Assembly: GCF_036321535.1 (NCBI RefSeq)
Contig: NC_087436.1
Span: 101,496,001 to 101,560,000 of the forward strand
Source: Camelus dromedarius
Lineage: Eukaryota
Length of the DNA stretch: 64,000 nucleotides
Reading direction: 5' to 3'
The position numbers and the translations under genes are program-made. The notes below the pieces were generated by a model that was not told the DNA's origin, did no database searches, and worked only from the letters and a program-made list of their open reading frames with translations. Positions 52,960 through 64,000 of the stretch are shown here, in pieces; position 1 is the stretch's first letter, and each line of letters begins with the position of its first letter.

Positions 52960-53255
52960 CTGGGAATGATCTGAGAAAACACGTGGTAAGATGGAACTGG
53001 CTCATCACCCCCTGGCAGTTGAAATGGGCTTCATCCTGTGTGGTAGATAGGGCACAAATAGACCCTGACAGAAGGTGGTGCTCAGGTGGTAAACATTTCA
53101 CGGGAGGCTACGTGGGAAAACATCCTAGCGCGAGGGAAAGCCCTCGTTGCTGTGATGGCTCAGGAATGGAAACGTGAGTGGGGAAGAATGTCTGGAAGGA
53201 CAGCAGAGTTGGCTCTTTACTGCTGAGTTGTATTCCTTGCCTGCCTTGAGAAAAG
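52960..53255 (+). mobile_element. ERVL internal 5' fragment (ERV3-16A3-int-like)
   Basis: gggaatgatctgagaaaacacgtggtaagatgg...aaggacagcagagttggctctttactgctgagttgtatt resembles the leader/gag start associated with LTR16. Confidence 0.55.
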
Positions 53256-54821
53256 ATCTTGGTAATATTTATTTGCGTTTTTGTGCATGTGGGAAATGAA
53301 AAGAGTTATGACGAAATGCCCTCTGAGAGGCTGAGATGGTTTCAGAATAACTGAAAGGTGGGATTTGCTAATGTTTACTCCTCACTCTTCTCTACTATTG
53401 AAAATGTATATGTTATTATTCTAGAGCTAGAAATCTGTCTTCAGGAGAAAATAGGACCCAAGAACATGGTTAAGTGCTTCATTTGGCCACAAGTGGATTC
53501 TAAAACAAATTACTGGTCTAATTTGAGAATGTTATATTTAGCATAAAATATATTTGCCATTGTATAGATAATGGAGTTTATTTTTTATTGGATTGTGTTT
53601 GAGAAGATCTCTAGGGTGATGGGGATGGTATGAAGTGACTAGAGGTAGTGTTTTGTGACTACATGGCTTGAAATTAAAAATATGTCAAAAGTATCTTTAA
53701 CCAAGATGGTACTACCTTACCAGAAATGAATAAAATCATCACTGCTCCCAAAGCAGAGGAAACAAAGATCTGGGATAAATATTATCTTGAATCTGCAATT
53801 TAATTTTCAAGTAGTAACTCTGAATTCAGATGGAATTATGTGAGTTTAGCCTCCACAAAAACAAAATTAAATCAAGCAGAACAGAACATTCAGAGAACTT
53901 AGGACCATTTGTATGGCTCAAGAGAATTAGAGTTAGAAATATTTTTTTAAAGCTGATTCTACAGATAAAGTGTAGGATATTTTCAAGTTTACGAGAATAC
54001 ATTCATATTTACATGAAAATATCAATTTGGCTTATATTTGAATATACAAATAGGTATTAACAATGTCTCATCCATTCTTAACCTTTGATATTCTCTCTAT
54101 TCAAATGATAAGTATACAATTACAAAGGACAGCTATATATTATTCTAATAAGAATAGTTCAAGAAATTAATAAAAATGGTCAAACTTACGTACTTGTCAT
54201 GAATGAAATTTGTCATGAGAAGGAAATCAACTAATGACTGAAATGTATATAGTATATATGAACATATGCAAAGTATTCAAACTGTAAAATTTTGATCATA
54301 AAATCTGAATATGAGTATCTTCTAATAATATAATCAATAGGCTATCTCATTTCATTATACAGCCAACATGGCAGAGTGCTTAAATAGTCATTATTACACT
54401 AAATATATGTCCAAATTTTTCATTTTTGTTAACTTCATAGATACTGCATAAAACTTTAATAAAAGATTGAAGCTGGATCATATTCACACTTAAGAGGTAC
54501 ACATTTAATGAGATTTAGTCTTTCCATATTTTTCTGAAAAGGCAGAACATAATTTATGTGTTTTCAAATATTGGTTGCATTATGTCTCTAGTTTAACAAG
54601 TACAAGAAACTTGCACTTTAATATGTTAGAGAAGAGTTCTGTTCCAAACCAGAGTTCTCTCTGTGTTCTATGTTGTCATGTTCCCTGATCAAAAAACTTA
54701 ATATTTTTCCATATATGAATCTCAGTCTAAGATTTATGATTCCTCCAAATGTATCTCTTGCTTACAAATATTTTCAATCACATTTTCATTAAACATCCCT
54801 CTGTGAATTCTGTCTCATAGA

Positions 54822-55037
54822 CTTAACACTGCCCAGTGTGTTAGCAACTATCCACATATGCAGCTATCTAAAATTAAATTTAATTAAAATTAAATAAAAT
54901 TAAAAGTCCAGTTCTTTTAGTCACACTAACCACATTTTGAGTGTTCAACAGCCATGTGTGTCTATAGTCTTCCATACTGGATAATTCAGGCATACAACAT
55001 TTCTGAAATCACAAAAAGTTATATTGGACGGGACTGA
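54822..55037 (-). mobile_element. MER3 hAT-Charlie MITE
   Basis: aaattaaatttaattaaaattaaataaaatt...agtcacactaaccacattttgagtgttcaacagccatgtgtg...aacatttctgaaatcacaaaaagttatattggac. Confidence 0.8.
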
Positions 55038-55049
55038 TAAAGACAATAA

Positions 55050-56070
55050 CATTCAATCATCATTTATCCATTTATGCAGCCATTAACTGATATTTTAATG
55101 AATACTTGTCGTGTATCAGGCACTGTCTCTAGTTCCAAGGGTATGGAAATGAGTAAAATGAATAGTGCCTGCTTTCATCAGGCTTACCTTCTCGAAATTG
55201 AGACAGAAATAAAATATTAACCAAACAAAACTGTATGCTGTTAAAATCAAAAGCAAATGAAGACCAGCCTTGAAAATTCCCTTAGCAGAAACACTGGTTT
55301 AGTCATAAAAGTAAAGCTTAATTTAGCTTATTATGCAAGACTGAGTGGACTTGAGTCATTTCTTATTTATCCCTCCTGAAATCACAGGCAAAATCTAAAC
55401 CTTTTCCCAAGGATGATATGAGGTAACCACTAACCAATTCCCTATCACTTAAGAAAATTCTAGTAGTATAACCAATCACTGTGACGAATAAATAGTCATT
55501 ACTCTCTCACCATATAAGCTGTTTTACACCAATACATCCTTGAGCCTCATTCTGTGTTTTGGTTTGAGTTCTCCCAGTTCACAGAGTGTCTTTTCTTTGT
55601 CTGAACAATAAACTTTTACTAATTGCTCCTTCTGTGATTCATCGGTTTTCCTTCTGTTATTTCTGACAATGATATACAGGATATGATGACCTATAAAGTG
55701 GTAGAGTCTAAGCCAGAAAAAAAAAAAAAATCAATCTAGACTAGTGGGAGAGAGTGGTGACGAGAAAATACTGCCCTGAAGAAATGTTTCCTGAAAAGTA
55801 CGTGTGAGTTATCCAGGTAGGAAAAAGTTAGGGATCACCACTATGAAAGGCATCAGGGCGGAAGAGGAGTTGACTTTGGGTATAGAAAATTGCTTGGGTA
55901 GAAAGAAGCTCTGATGCAGGAAAAACTGCTGTGTGCTTGAAGAATAGTCATAAAGCTTTATTGCAGACTATTTGAGAGAGGATGGTATCAGGTCAGAATA
56001 AAAAAAAAACAACAAAAAACAAAAATCGGACCAGACCACACAGGCTGAGGTGGGTCATGGGTGGCCAAGC
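55050..56070 (-). mobile_element. L2 3' region interrupted by an ERV1-like LTR
   Basis: Reverse L2 tail cattcaatcatcatttatccatt...gtgtatcaggcactgtctctag; continues after 55668. Confidence 0.65.
55239..55668 (+). mobile_element. Solo ERV LTR (ERV1-like)
   Basis: TGTTA...TGACA termini, 430 bp; near-TSD atgc/atga; CCAAT at 55434 and 55472, TATAA at 55513, AATAAA at 55607. Confidence 0.8.
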
Positions 56071-56407
56071 CTGACATATAAATATTTCAAGAGAGGCCCA
56101 TTAAAGCTACAAGAAGTTGTACCTGATTATTTAACGGTGCAGAGTGAGAAACTTCTTATATGGTAATAACGTGGATCTTCACGTGCTGACATGTACCCCC
56201 ACCCCCCGCCCCTGTGTGATACATGGTAAAGAGTGAACCTGTCTTCATTCTCTTACACTTGATGGACTCCGTATGCCACGTACACGGCTAGCCTCTGCAC
56301 TTCAGGTGTGCCCCTGTGAGAAGTAAGACAGCCTTGAGGAGACAGGTGTGCATTCTAGCATAGATCCCTGGTCTTGGGTGTGCCTTTATTCTCCATCTTT
56401 GCTGGTT

Positions 56408-56500
56408 GGATCAGTTAGGCTCAGGCAGGAAAACAGAAACCACACCTGCTATTGTAACAGAGAGAGTGTAATACAGAGAACTGATTGAGTAAGTGCGGCA
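56408..56500 (-). mobile_element. Ancient LTR end fragment (ERVL/MaLR-like)
   Basis: atcagttaggctcaggcaggaaaacagaaaccacacctgctattgtaacagagagagtgtaatacagagaactg resembles reverse ends of old LTRs. Confidence 0.35.
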
Positions 56501-56909
56501 CGGAGCTGTCCACTAGGGCTGCTGCTGCTGCTGCAGTCCAATGTGATACTTGAGGTGGGGCCACAGAGGCTTCTGGTACAAGCAGCGGTGCGTCCAGGAC
56601 TCTCCCGGGTGGTACTGCTTTATTCTGTCTCCACGTGCACAGGGAATAGCTATTCCAAACAAACGAGGTGATCAGTTTAAATGAAGTCTCCCTTGTCTGA
56701 CCATCATTATTGCTAAGTGGTGCCAGACTAGAAGATTTAGAACTCATTTTCTTGGCCCTGAATCTTTATAAATTCGCTTGTGATTTTAGCAAATTCGGTA
56801 GATTTCTACTTTGATTGCTTTTCAATGAAAAAACCATTTTAGCCCTTGCTGACCCCAGCAGGGACAAGTACAACTAAGAAGTGTATGATGGGTCAGGGAG
56901 GAGGAGATT

Positions 56910-57545
56910 AAGAGTGCCACTTTCTGAGATGGAAAAAATAGATCTATGTTTGCTAGGGGTATAACAAGCCGAGTTACAAACTGACAGTTGTTCTATGGAA
57001 TGGAACAATTCCTATGTGGAAATAATTAGAAGGCAATTTGGGTTTACTGATAAATATAGAGCTCAAGGGAAAAGTCCGTCCTCACTATATAGATAAAGCT
57101 GTTAGAGCGACTGAGATACCATAGGGAAAAAATGAAGTTTTCCCCAGGTTAAACACGGTTTCTGCGGAACACCAAAATTTAGGAGCTGTGACGGGGGAAA
57201 AGCTCACTTAAGAATAAAAGAGCAACTAGAAAGATAAGAAAACACCTGGAGAAGGTTGTGTCACGGAAATCAAGGAAGAAGTTTCAAGAATGCAAACTAT
57301 GGAGAAAATTGCCTTCAATATCAAACGCTGCAGTGGTAAGAAATGTTCTGTGAAGAATCCACCAGATTTAACTAGGACACTAGTGATAGTTTGAGCAGTA
57401 GAGGATGAAACAAGATTTCACTGGCTTGAGTGTGAATGTCAAATGAAGAAGTAAAGCCAATGAGATGAGATCATCCTTTTCTTACAACAGCAGCTATTCG
57501 AATGTTGCGATGGTTTGAATGTTAATAGAAGAGAGAAAGAGCAGG
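56910..57545 (-). mobile_element. L2 fragment
   Basis: gataaatatagagctcaagggaaaagtc; ctgcggaacaccaaaatttagg; ggttgtgtcacggaaatcaaggaagaagtttcaagaa. Confidence 0.65.
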
Positions 57546-57895
57546 GCAATGGGAGAAGGGCGTGGGGATACAGGCAGGGCATTAGCAATTTGCGCAACTT
57601 CATATGCTACGAATATTTATCCTTAACCTACAGTTGTTTTTTTTTTTTTTTAATATACTCGTTCCACCAGAAACTATCTTGGGAATAATAGTAAACTTGG
57701 CCATTATCTCTAGATTTAGTGGAATCCTTGTTGATGTTTTGGAGATTAATTTCTCTCATCATGTTCTATATTAATTAATTGGGTTGTTTTGGAAGCTGAA
57801 GAATTAGAACACCAAACATTTTTTAAATGTTTTTCAAAAATGTCCCTTTCTCATTCTAGTCAAAACACTTCTAAGTCAAACTTAGGTATGACATG

Positions 57896-58492
57896 TGTTG
57901 CTGAAAGATCGGCCTCTGTCCCTGATAAACCAGATAACTCAGAGACAGGGTCTTGGAGCTTAGAAGAAAAGAGACAGCTTTATTGCTTTGCTGGGCAAAG
58001 GGGACCTACAACAGGCTAGTGCCTTCAAAATTGTGACTCCACCTTGGGGATGGGGTAGGGTGATTACATAGTCATAGCTTAACAATAAAACACCAATAAC
58101 AATCAGCAAAATCATTTTCTTGTTACAAGTTTTAGAATCGTGTCATGGTGTCTCCAGAAGACCAATTCTGTAGAGACTAGCAATTGTCACTTTTTTAATC
58201 CTTTCATCTTGCAAACACCTGCGGCGTGATTCTTTATGATAATTTAGCCTATTTTGTAGGGTTGCAGTTCTGTGACCTTCTTCCTGGAGAACAACTCAGA
58301 AGCCAAGCATGATTATAGCTTTTGATGACTGGAATAAAGTAGAAACAGTAAGATCAATAGCTTTAGTTTCAACAAGGGGCCTGGAGCTGTGAGCAGTAAC
58401 CTGTCGGTCAGGTTTGTTGGCCGTTTTAAGGGCACACATAAGAATAAGCAATCTGTTAGCCTAAATATGGCCACTTTATTATTTCTCCTTCA
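57896..58492 (-). mobile_element. Solo ERV1-class LTR
   Basis: 597 bp, TG...CA (minus strand starts TGAAGGAG); exact 4-bp TSD CATG at 57892-57895 and 58493-58496; minus-strand AATAAA at 57979-57984. Confidence 0.85.
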
Positions 58493-58734
58493 CATGAACT
58501 GTGTTGTGAGGTTTCTTTTAGAGTTTCTTCCATGATCTGAAGGAGTGAAAAGCCCTGCCCACCTTACTCCTCCCCCAAACACACTCAGAATACACATGCT
58601 ATCTCAGGGGAGGTTATAAGAGATTGATTCATGGTTAATTTCTGTGGCATGATCTGGTCCTCATATGCTCTGTGTTGAAATTATATTTCTCCCTCTTTTA
58701 CTGAAAAAAAATTAGAATAATGACCTTGACTACC

Positions 58735-59815
58735 CATCTCAGATTCCACATGTAAGGAACTTGGAAGTCATGACTTTGTTCTAACAAGTAAAAAGCTGAA
58801 CAGACCAAAAAATCAACAACTCTTCTAGGATCTGTAAGAAGAGAGAGGACACAGATCAAATAGCTACCCTCAAATTGGAGAGACCAACAGATGAATACAG
58901 GTCATTAGCTTACTGGAGCAGGAGCTCACAAGCAGAAACCTCTCAGAGAACTGGGTTTGGGGCAGGAAGACCAGAACTATAATTGATGAATTGGTAGAGG
59001 CTCAGTGCAGACAAGTCTGAGAGCTAACAACTCCTGGGTGACCCCAATCATAGAAATGCCCCCACAATTTTGTGAGTGCTTCCTCCAGGAGTTTAATCTG
59101 GTGAACATCAGAGAAAAATCTCCTCCAGCTTCCTGCATAGGGGGAAAAGGAACCCATCTGAAATACAGTTGACCTTTGAACAACAAGGGGGTAAGGGGAA
59201 CCAAACCTCCCGCGCATTCAAAAATCTGAGTATAACTCTTGACTTTCCAAAAACTTAACTATTTATGACTTACTGTTGACCAGAAGCTGTACCAATAACA
59301 TAAAGAGTCGATTAACACATATTTTGTTTATTATACGTGTAATACATTATATTCTTACAGTAAACTAGGCTAGAGAAAAGAAACTGTTATTAAGAAAATC
59401 AAAGGAAAAGAAAATACATTTACAGTATATCTATTAATTTATTGAAAAAATCTGCATAAAAATGGATCCGTGAGGTACAAACTGATGTTCAAACCCAAGA
59501 GTCAACTGTACACTCTTTTCTTAACAAGTCCTGCCCGTAAGAGAAACTAGTTAACCAGAGTGTAGTCTGCTGGGGTATTGTCAGGCCCTAACTAACCTGG
59601 GGGAAGAGAAATACTCAACTCCAGCCAGCTCTAGCCATCTTGTTCCACCTAAGTGTGGAGGGAAAAAACCTGAGAGACACATGTGAAATTCACAGCCCAG
59701 AAGCACAGGCTCACCGAATGACTGAGACCTAATCACAGCACTATAGAACACTTCCCCACCACACGCCTCACCACCTCACCACCACACTACTGAAAGCCTG
59801 TATTTACAGAAGTTT
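58735..59815 (+). mobile_element. Old L1 5' UTR fragment (L1MC/L1MD-type 5' end), split by a Tigger MITE
   Basis: aaggaacttggaagtcat...aaaaagctgaacagaccaaaaaatcaacaactcttc...aaattggagagac; continues after 59510 to cacagcccagaagcacaggctcacc. Confidence 0.6.
59166..59508. mobile_element. Tigger2a-like MITE
   Basis: 343 bp; TIRs cagttgacctttgaacaac / caagagtcaactg; TA TSD at 59164-59165 and 59509-59510. Confidence 0.9.
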
Positions 59816-61634
59816 TCTTCTGAGTTCTGTCCAGCGCTGACCTCCAAATACAATTTTTCCTGTTTCCTAGGGAATCCTCAGTAGATGTTTAATGACTTGT
59901 CATTGAAATATATGGAAAATAAGGCCTGCTAATTTTCTCATGACTTTCTTTTTTGTATTTTGTAAAATGTAAATGGTCTCTTGGGCCCAATCCTATAAGT
60001 AGCATGCTTACCTACTGACAGTTCAGCAATAGGAGGAATGTGGGCTTCCCTAAAGAAGTAAGAATGATCACACGGCAAGTGACCAAGAGTCTTCTTCGAC
60101 CTGCAAAGCAGGGTTTTGCAATGGTGTCCTGGCCCATTATCCTAATAAGATAGGGAATGAGTACCAGACACAGATGTCGTGAATGGGCTCTGAAAAGTAC
60201 ATGCTGAAATGTGAGGGACAAAGGAAAGATCCCTGCCTACAAGAAATCCTGAAAGGGTTATATAAGGACATAGGAATTAATGGGATGACAAATGTGACAA
60301 CCTCTGCGGTAAGTAACAAGATATATTACATTAAAATATCCAAATTATGTCAATTGCTTTGACTTTATATCTTTCAGAAACCATAGATCAAAGCTTAATT
60401 GAATTTAAATGAAACATTAAATGTCATATTGCTCAAATAATATTTTCAAAGTGTAAGCCTATAACAATTGCTTTTGTTTTCCAATTTCAGATAATTTAAA
60501 AAAGAGTCAATGTAATATATGTGCTTCATTCAATCCAAATCAGAATTCTTCAAGTCTGTATGATAAATGTGTTGCTCCACATAAAAGCATAATGATAAAA
60601 ATAAATTAAGCCATTATACATAAGAATTCTAGGTAATTTTCTTTAATTGCTGTGCAGCATCAATTATATCTGGGGGCACAGAAGGCTTTTAACCTAATTC
60701 TCAAATCTCTCTATGGCCTATATTTTTTTGATCTATGGACACTAAGAAAATAAAATTATAAAAAAGATTTTTTTCTGATTACTTACAATCTTTCCCATGA
60801 ATTTTCACTTGTAGTAGGGCAAAATTGATTTTATATAGCATACAATTAAACTAAAAAATAATTTTAAAAAGGTCTTATATTTGCATATTATATGAAATAG
60901 CATTTATTACATTATCTCAATATACTTCAAAAATACTTTTTGACATTATAATTATCTTAAAAATTTTTCAATACATTCTAATTTTCTAATAAATGTGTAA
61001 TTATTTTAAACAAAAACACAGGGAAATACCCATCTTACTTACTTCATTGTTGGCAGCTGAATTCAACAGCCATTCTTTTTTTTTCCCCTCTTCTAAGAGC
61101 CACACACTGGGTTGATCCTTGTAGTCAGTGGCGATTCACCACGTGATGATCATTCTGCATGGCTACTTTAAAGACAGACAAGCAAATATATGTTCCCAAC
61201 AAGACATCCTCATTTTTTGTAAATTGACTAATTACAAAACAAAACAAGGATTATTGTATTTGTAAAACATAACCAGGATATCTGCCAATTTGGTGATTTC
61301 AATTCCTTTATGTGCAAATTTCCCTGTCCTTCAGTATGTAAATATTAAATATCAAATCTCCATATTACATATGGTTGGAAACCCAGTACCTCCTAAATTT
61401 ATAGATGACCAAGAGACTTAAATTTCTCTTTATTTCTAATATCTGGAGTCCACTGAATCTTTCTATTCCCACCCAAGAGGTATACTGAATATGTCACTGC
61501 CTCCTTCACTCTCCAAAATAACACAACTTACAGAAGCTGTGAGATATTGAAAGAAGAGTTTTCTCACAGCATATAGTTTACCATGGGGATCACCTTAATA
61601 ATAGATTATGGTAATTCTGAGTATGGATTATTCT

Positions 61635-61772
61635 ATACAAGAAGTCAGTTTGTATGGAATTCTGGGTTCACTAGATCCAACATCTGTGAACATGGGTGAT
61701 TTTCTTACTCTGTCTGTGCCTCAGTTGATTTACATGGAGATTGAGAGGATTGCATGAGTTACTATTTGCAAG
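61635..61772 (+). mobile_element. MIR
   Basis: ctgtgaacatgggtgattttcttactctgtctgtgcctcagtt...gagaggattgcatgagtta. Confidence 0.6.
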
Positions 61773-61989
61773 TTTTTTTGTTGGCTTAGTTTTAGTTTTG
61801 TTTGCTGGCATATTGCTCCCATCCTCTACACCTGCTGTATTATGGCTGTCTCAGAATCTCAAAAGCTTATGCCACTTTGTTATATATATAAAAAAATTTC
61901 TTCTAGGTTTTTTCTCCATAGCTCATTGTGGCCGTGACTTCTGAGCTGTTCTTACCAGTTAGGGTGGATATTAAGATGTTGCACTGAAT

Positions 61990-62198
61990 TAGAGGTTTGC
62001 AAAATTTTTGGTAAAGGACCAAATAATAAATATTGCAGGCTTTGCAAGCCATAAGGTATCTCTTGCAACTACTTAATTCTGCTTTTGTAGCCCAATAGCA
62101 GCCACAGAAAATACATAAACAAATGGGCAGGCTATGCTCTAATAAGACTTTGTAAAAACAGATGGATTTGGTTCATGAGCCATAGTTTGACTGTCATG
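61990..62198 (+). mobile_element. MER58A hAT-Charlie MITE
   Basis: gtaaaggaccaaataataaatattgcaggctttgcaagccat...gcaactacttaattctgc...gcagccacagaaaatacataaacaaatggg...gagccatagtttg. Confidence 0.85.
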
Positions 62199-62289
62199 CT
62201 CTAAAAGAAACATGAATGTGGCTATACCCATGAACCATAGTTAACTGACCCCATCCAGCACTGAACAAAAGCAGACTGAGCTTTTAAAA

Positions 62290-62507
62290 TACTTTTTATT
62301 ATTATGAAATGCCTCATAAATATAATTCTATATGTTATATAAATGTTATAGGACATAAATAGTAAAACAATAATAAAATGAGCAATCGAGGAGTGTTACC
62401 AGTACAGTTAAAATTCCCTCTATGACCCTTTTTTTTTTAATTGAAGTATAATCAGTTTCCAATGTTGTGTTAATTTCTGGTTAATCACTATAGCATAGTG
62501 ATTCAGT

Positions 62508-62546
<39 letters not shown>

Positions 62547-63300
62547 ATTTCTTTTCATATTCTTTATCATTATAGACTATTACAAGTACTGACTATAGTT
62601 CCCTATGCTATACAGTAGGTCCTTGTTGTTTATCTGTTTTATATATTGTAGTTAGTATCTGCAAATCCTGAACTCCCAGTTTATCCCTGCACCCAACTCT
62701 TTTACCCCTGGTAACCATAAGTTTGTTTTCTATGTCTGTGAGTCTCTTTCTGTTTTGTAAATAAGTTCATTTATGTCATTTTTTAAGATTCCACATGTAA
62801 GTGATATCATATGGTATTTTTCTTTCTCTTTCTGGCTTGCTTCATTTTGTATGACAATTGCCAGGTCCACCCACGTTGCTGCAAATGGCATTATTTTATT
62901 CTTTTTTATGGCTGAGTAGTATTCCATCATATAAATATACCACACCTTCTTTATCCAGTCATCTGTCGATGGACATTTAGAAGTTTTGTTAAATACTTAT
63001 ATATATATCCTTAGTTTTTGTATACTTTTGTTTTTATGTAATGGATGCCATACCTGAGGCAGTTTTTTTGGTGCTGTTGCTAAGTCACATATATTTCTGA
63101 GACTGATATATTTTGATTTGACTGACCATGGCTCATTCATTTATACTCCTGTAATTAATTCTAATGTATAAATATAGAATTGCTTTGCCCATTCTTTTAC
63201 TTTAGAAACTTTTTGGCTGTTATGAGTTCCTTCCTATTATAAACAACCCTGGAATAAATATTATTGTTCACTTCAAGTAAAAAAATAATTCCATGGGATA
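62290..63300 (-). mobile_element. Old L1ME-type 3' end, interrupted by a young L1
   Basis: ggctcattcatttatactcctgtaattaattctaatgtataaatatag...ctattataaacaaccctggaataaatattattgt. Confidence 0.5.
62429..62980 (-). mobile_element. Young 5'-truncated L1 (ORF2 C-terminus and 3' UTR)
   Basis: ORF 62730-62945 (-) MWYIYMMEYYSAIKKNKIMPFAATWVDL...KYHMISLTCGI is the conserved L1 ORF2p C-terminal segment; poly-T at 62429-62438; internal (TA)n(TG)n. Confidence 0.92.
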
Positions 63301-63483
63301 TATTAGCTTTATCTATTTTTATTCACTTGAACATGTTTTTTCTCTTTAATCACTTTATGGAAGAAAAATGTTAATATCTTTTTGAATGTTAATCCAAACT
63401 TACATACAGGAGATAAAAATTAATTTAGATTAGATTTTGAAATATAGCCTGATTAAGTTTTCCAGTGCATTGTTTAAATGCTT

Positions 63484-64000
63484 TGTATTCATGAGATTAT
63501 ATATATATATATACACACATATATATATTCCTAATTTATATATGTGTGTGTGTATATATATATAATTCCTATTTTTATATATGTGTACATATACATGTGT
63601 ACATATATAAAAATAGGAATTGGTTCATGAGATGATAGAGGTGGCAAAGTCCCAAGATCTGCAGTTGGCCAGCTGCAAACCAGGAGAGCTAATGGGATAG
63701 ATCTATTCTGAGTCCAGAGTCTTCTGAACCAGGAGAATCAACGGTGTCAATTCAAGTCTGAAAGCCTATAGGCTGGAGAACCAAGGAGAGCTCATTTTCA
63801 ATTTGAGTGCAAAAGCTTGAAAAATACCAATGTCTCCAAGCAAGCAGTCAGGCAGGAGAATTTCCTCCTGTTCGGCCTTTGTCTCCTGTTTAGGTCTTCA
63901 ATTGATTGGATGAGGCTTTCCCACATTAGGGAGGGCATTCTGCTTTACTTAGTCTACCAATTTAAATGTTAATTTTGTCTAGAAGATCCCTCACAGACAC
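63484..64000 (-). mobile_element. ERVL LTR (MLT2B/C-like), runs off window end
   Basis: aggaattggttcatgagatgatagagg...aagtcccaagatctgcagttggc...ttgattggatgaggctttcccacattagggagggca. Confidence 0.88.
63564..63621. repeat. Perfect 21-bp inverted repeat with 16-nt spacer
   Basis: aattcctatttttatatatgt (63564-63584) and acatatataaaaataggaatt (63601-63621). Confidence 0.92.

Noticed and set aside
56421..56747. 108-aa minus-strand ORF with a poly-Ala run
   Set aside because: Poly-Ala comes from a short (GCT)n repeat; the ORF overlaps a probable old LTR fragment and resembles no protein I recognise.
55239..58492. Two LTRs as ends of a single provirus
   Set aside because: Opposite orientation, different sequence, each with its own TSD, and L2 sequence between them.
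61135..61230. GTGATGA box-C-like motif (possible C/D snoRNA)
   Set aside because: No suitably placed box D (CTGA) or terminal stem seen.
62730..62945. 71-aa ORF with a recognisable domain
   Set aside because: C-terminus of L1 ORF2 within a truncated L1, not a host gene.

Overview
AT-rich, repeat-dense mammalian genomic DNA (gene desert or large intron). I found no protein-coding exon, true RNA gene, CpG island or CRISPR-like array that I can support. Three tRNA-Ala(AGC)-derived SINEs of the vic-1 type, plus lineage-type L1 3' ends, point to a camelid genome (alpaca/llama/camel; inference). Much of the window is transposable-element debris: MIR, L2, L3/CR1, old and young L1, MaLR/ERVL/ERV1/ERVK-like LTRs, and Tigger and hAT DNA transposons, often nested, several with readable target-site duplications (TSDs). 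ORF-track entries with recognisable protein similarity are decayed TE fragments (Tigger1 transposase, L1 ORF2 C-terminus); the rest look spurious. I did not find a convincing undescribed biological system. Best leads: an unassigned ~180 bp retroposed insert (1609-1789), a young-looking solo LTR with a 6-bp TSD (13395-14071), a fold-back palindrome inside an MLT2 LTR (~63.5 kb), a one-sided orientation of young L1s, and a motif-rich unique segment near 28.7-29.2 kb. Family names are from recall of consensus sequences, not from a database search; boundaries without a TSD are approximate.
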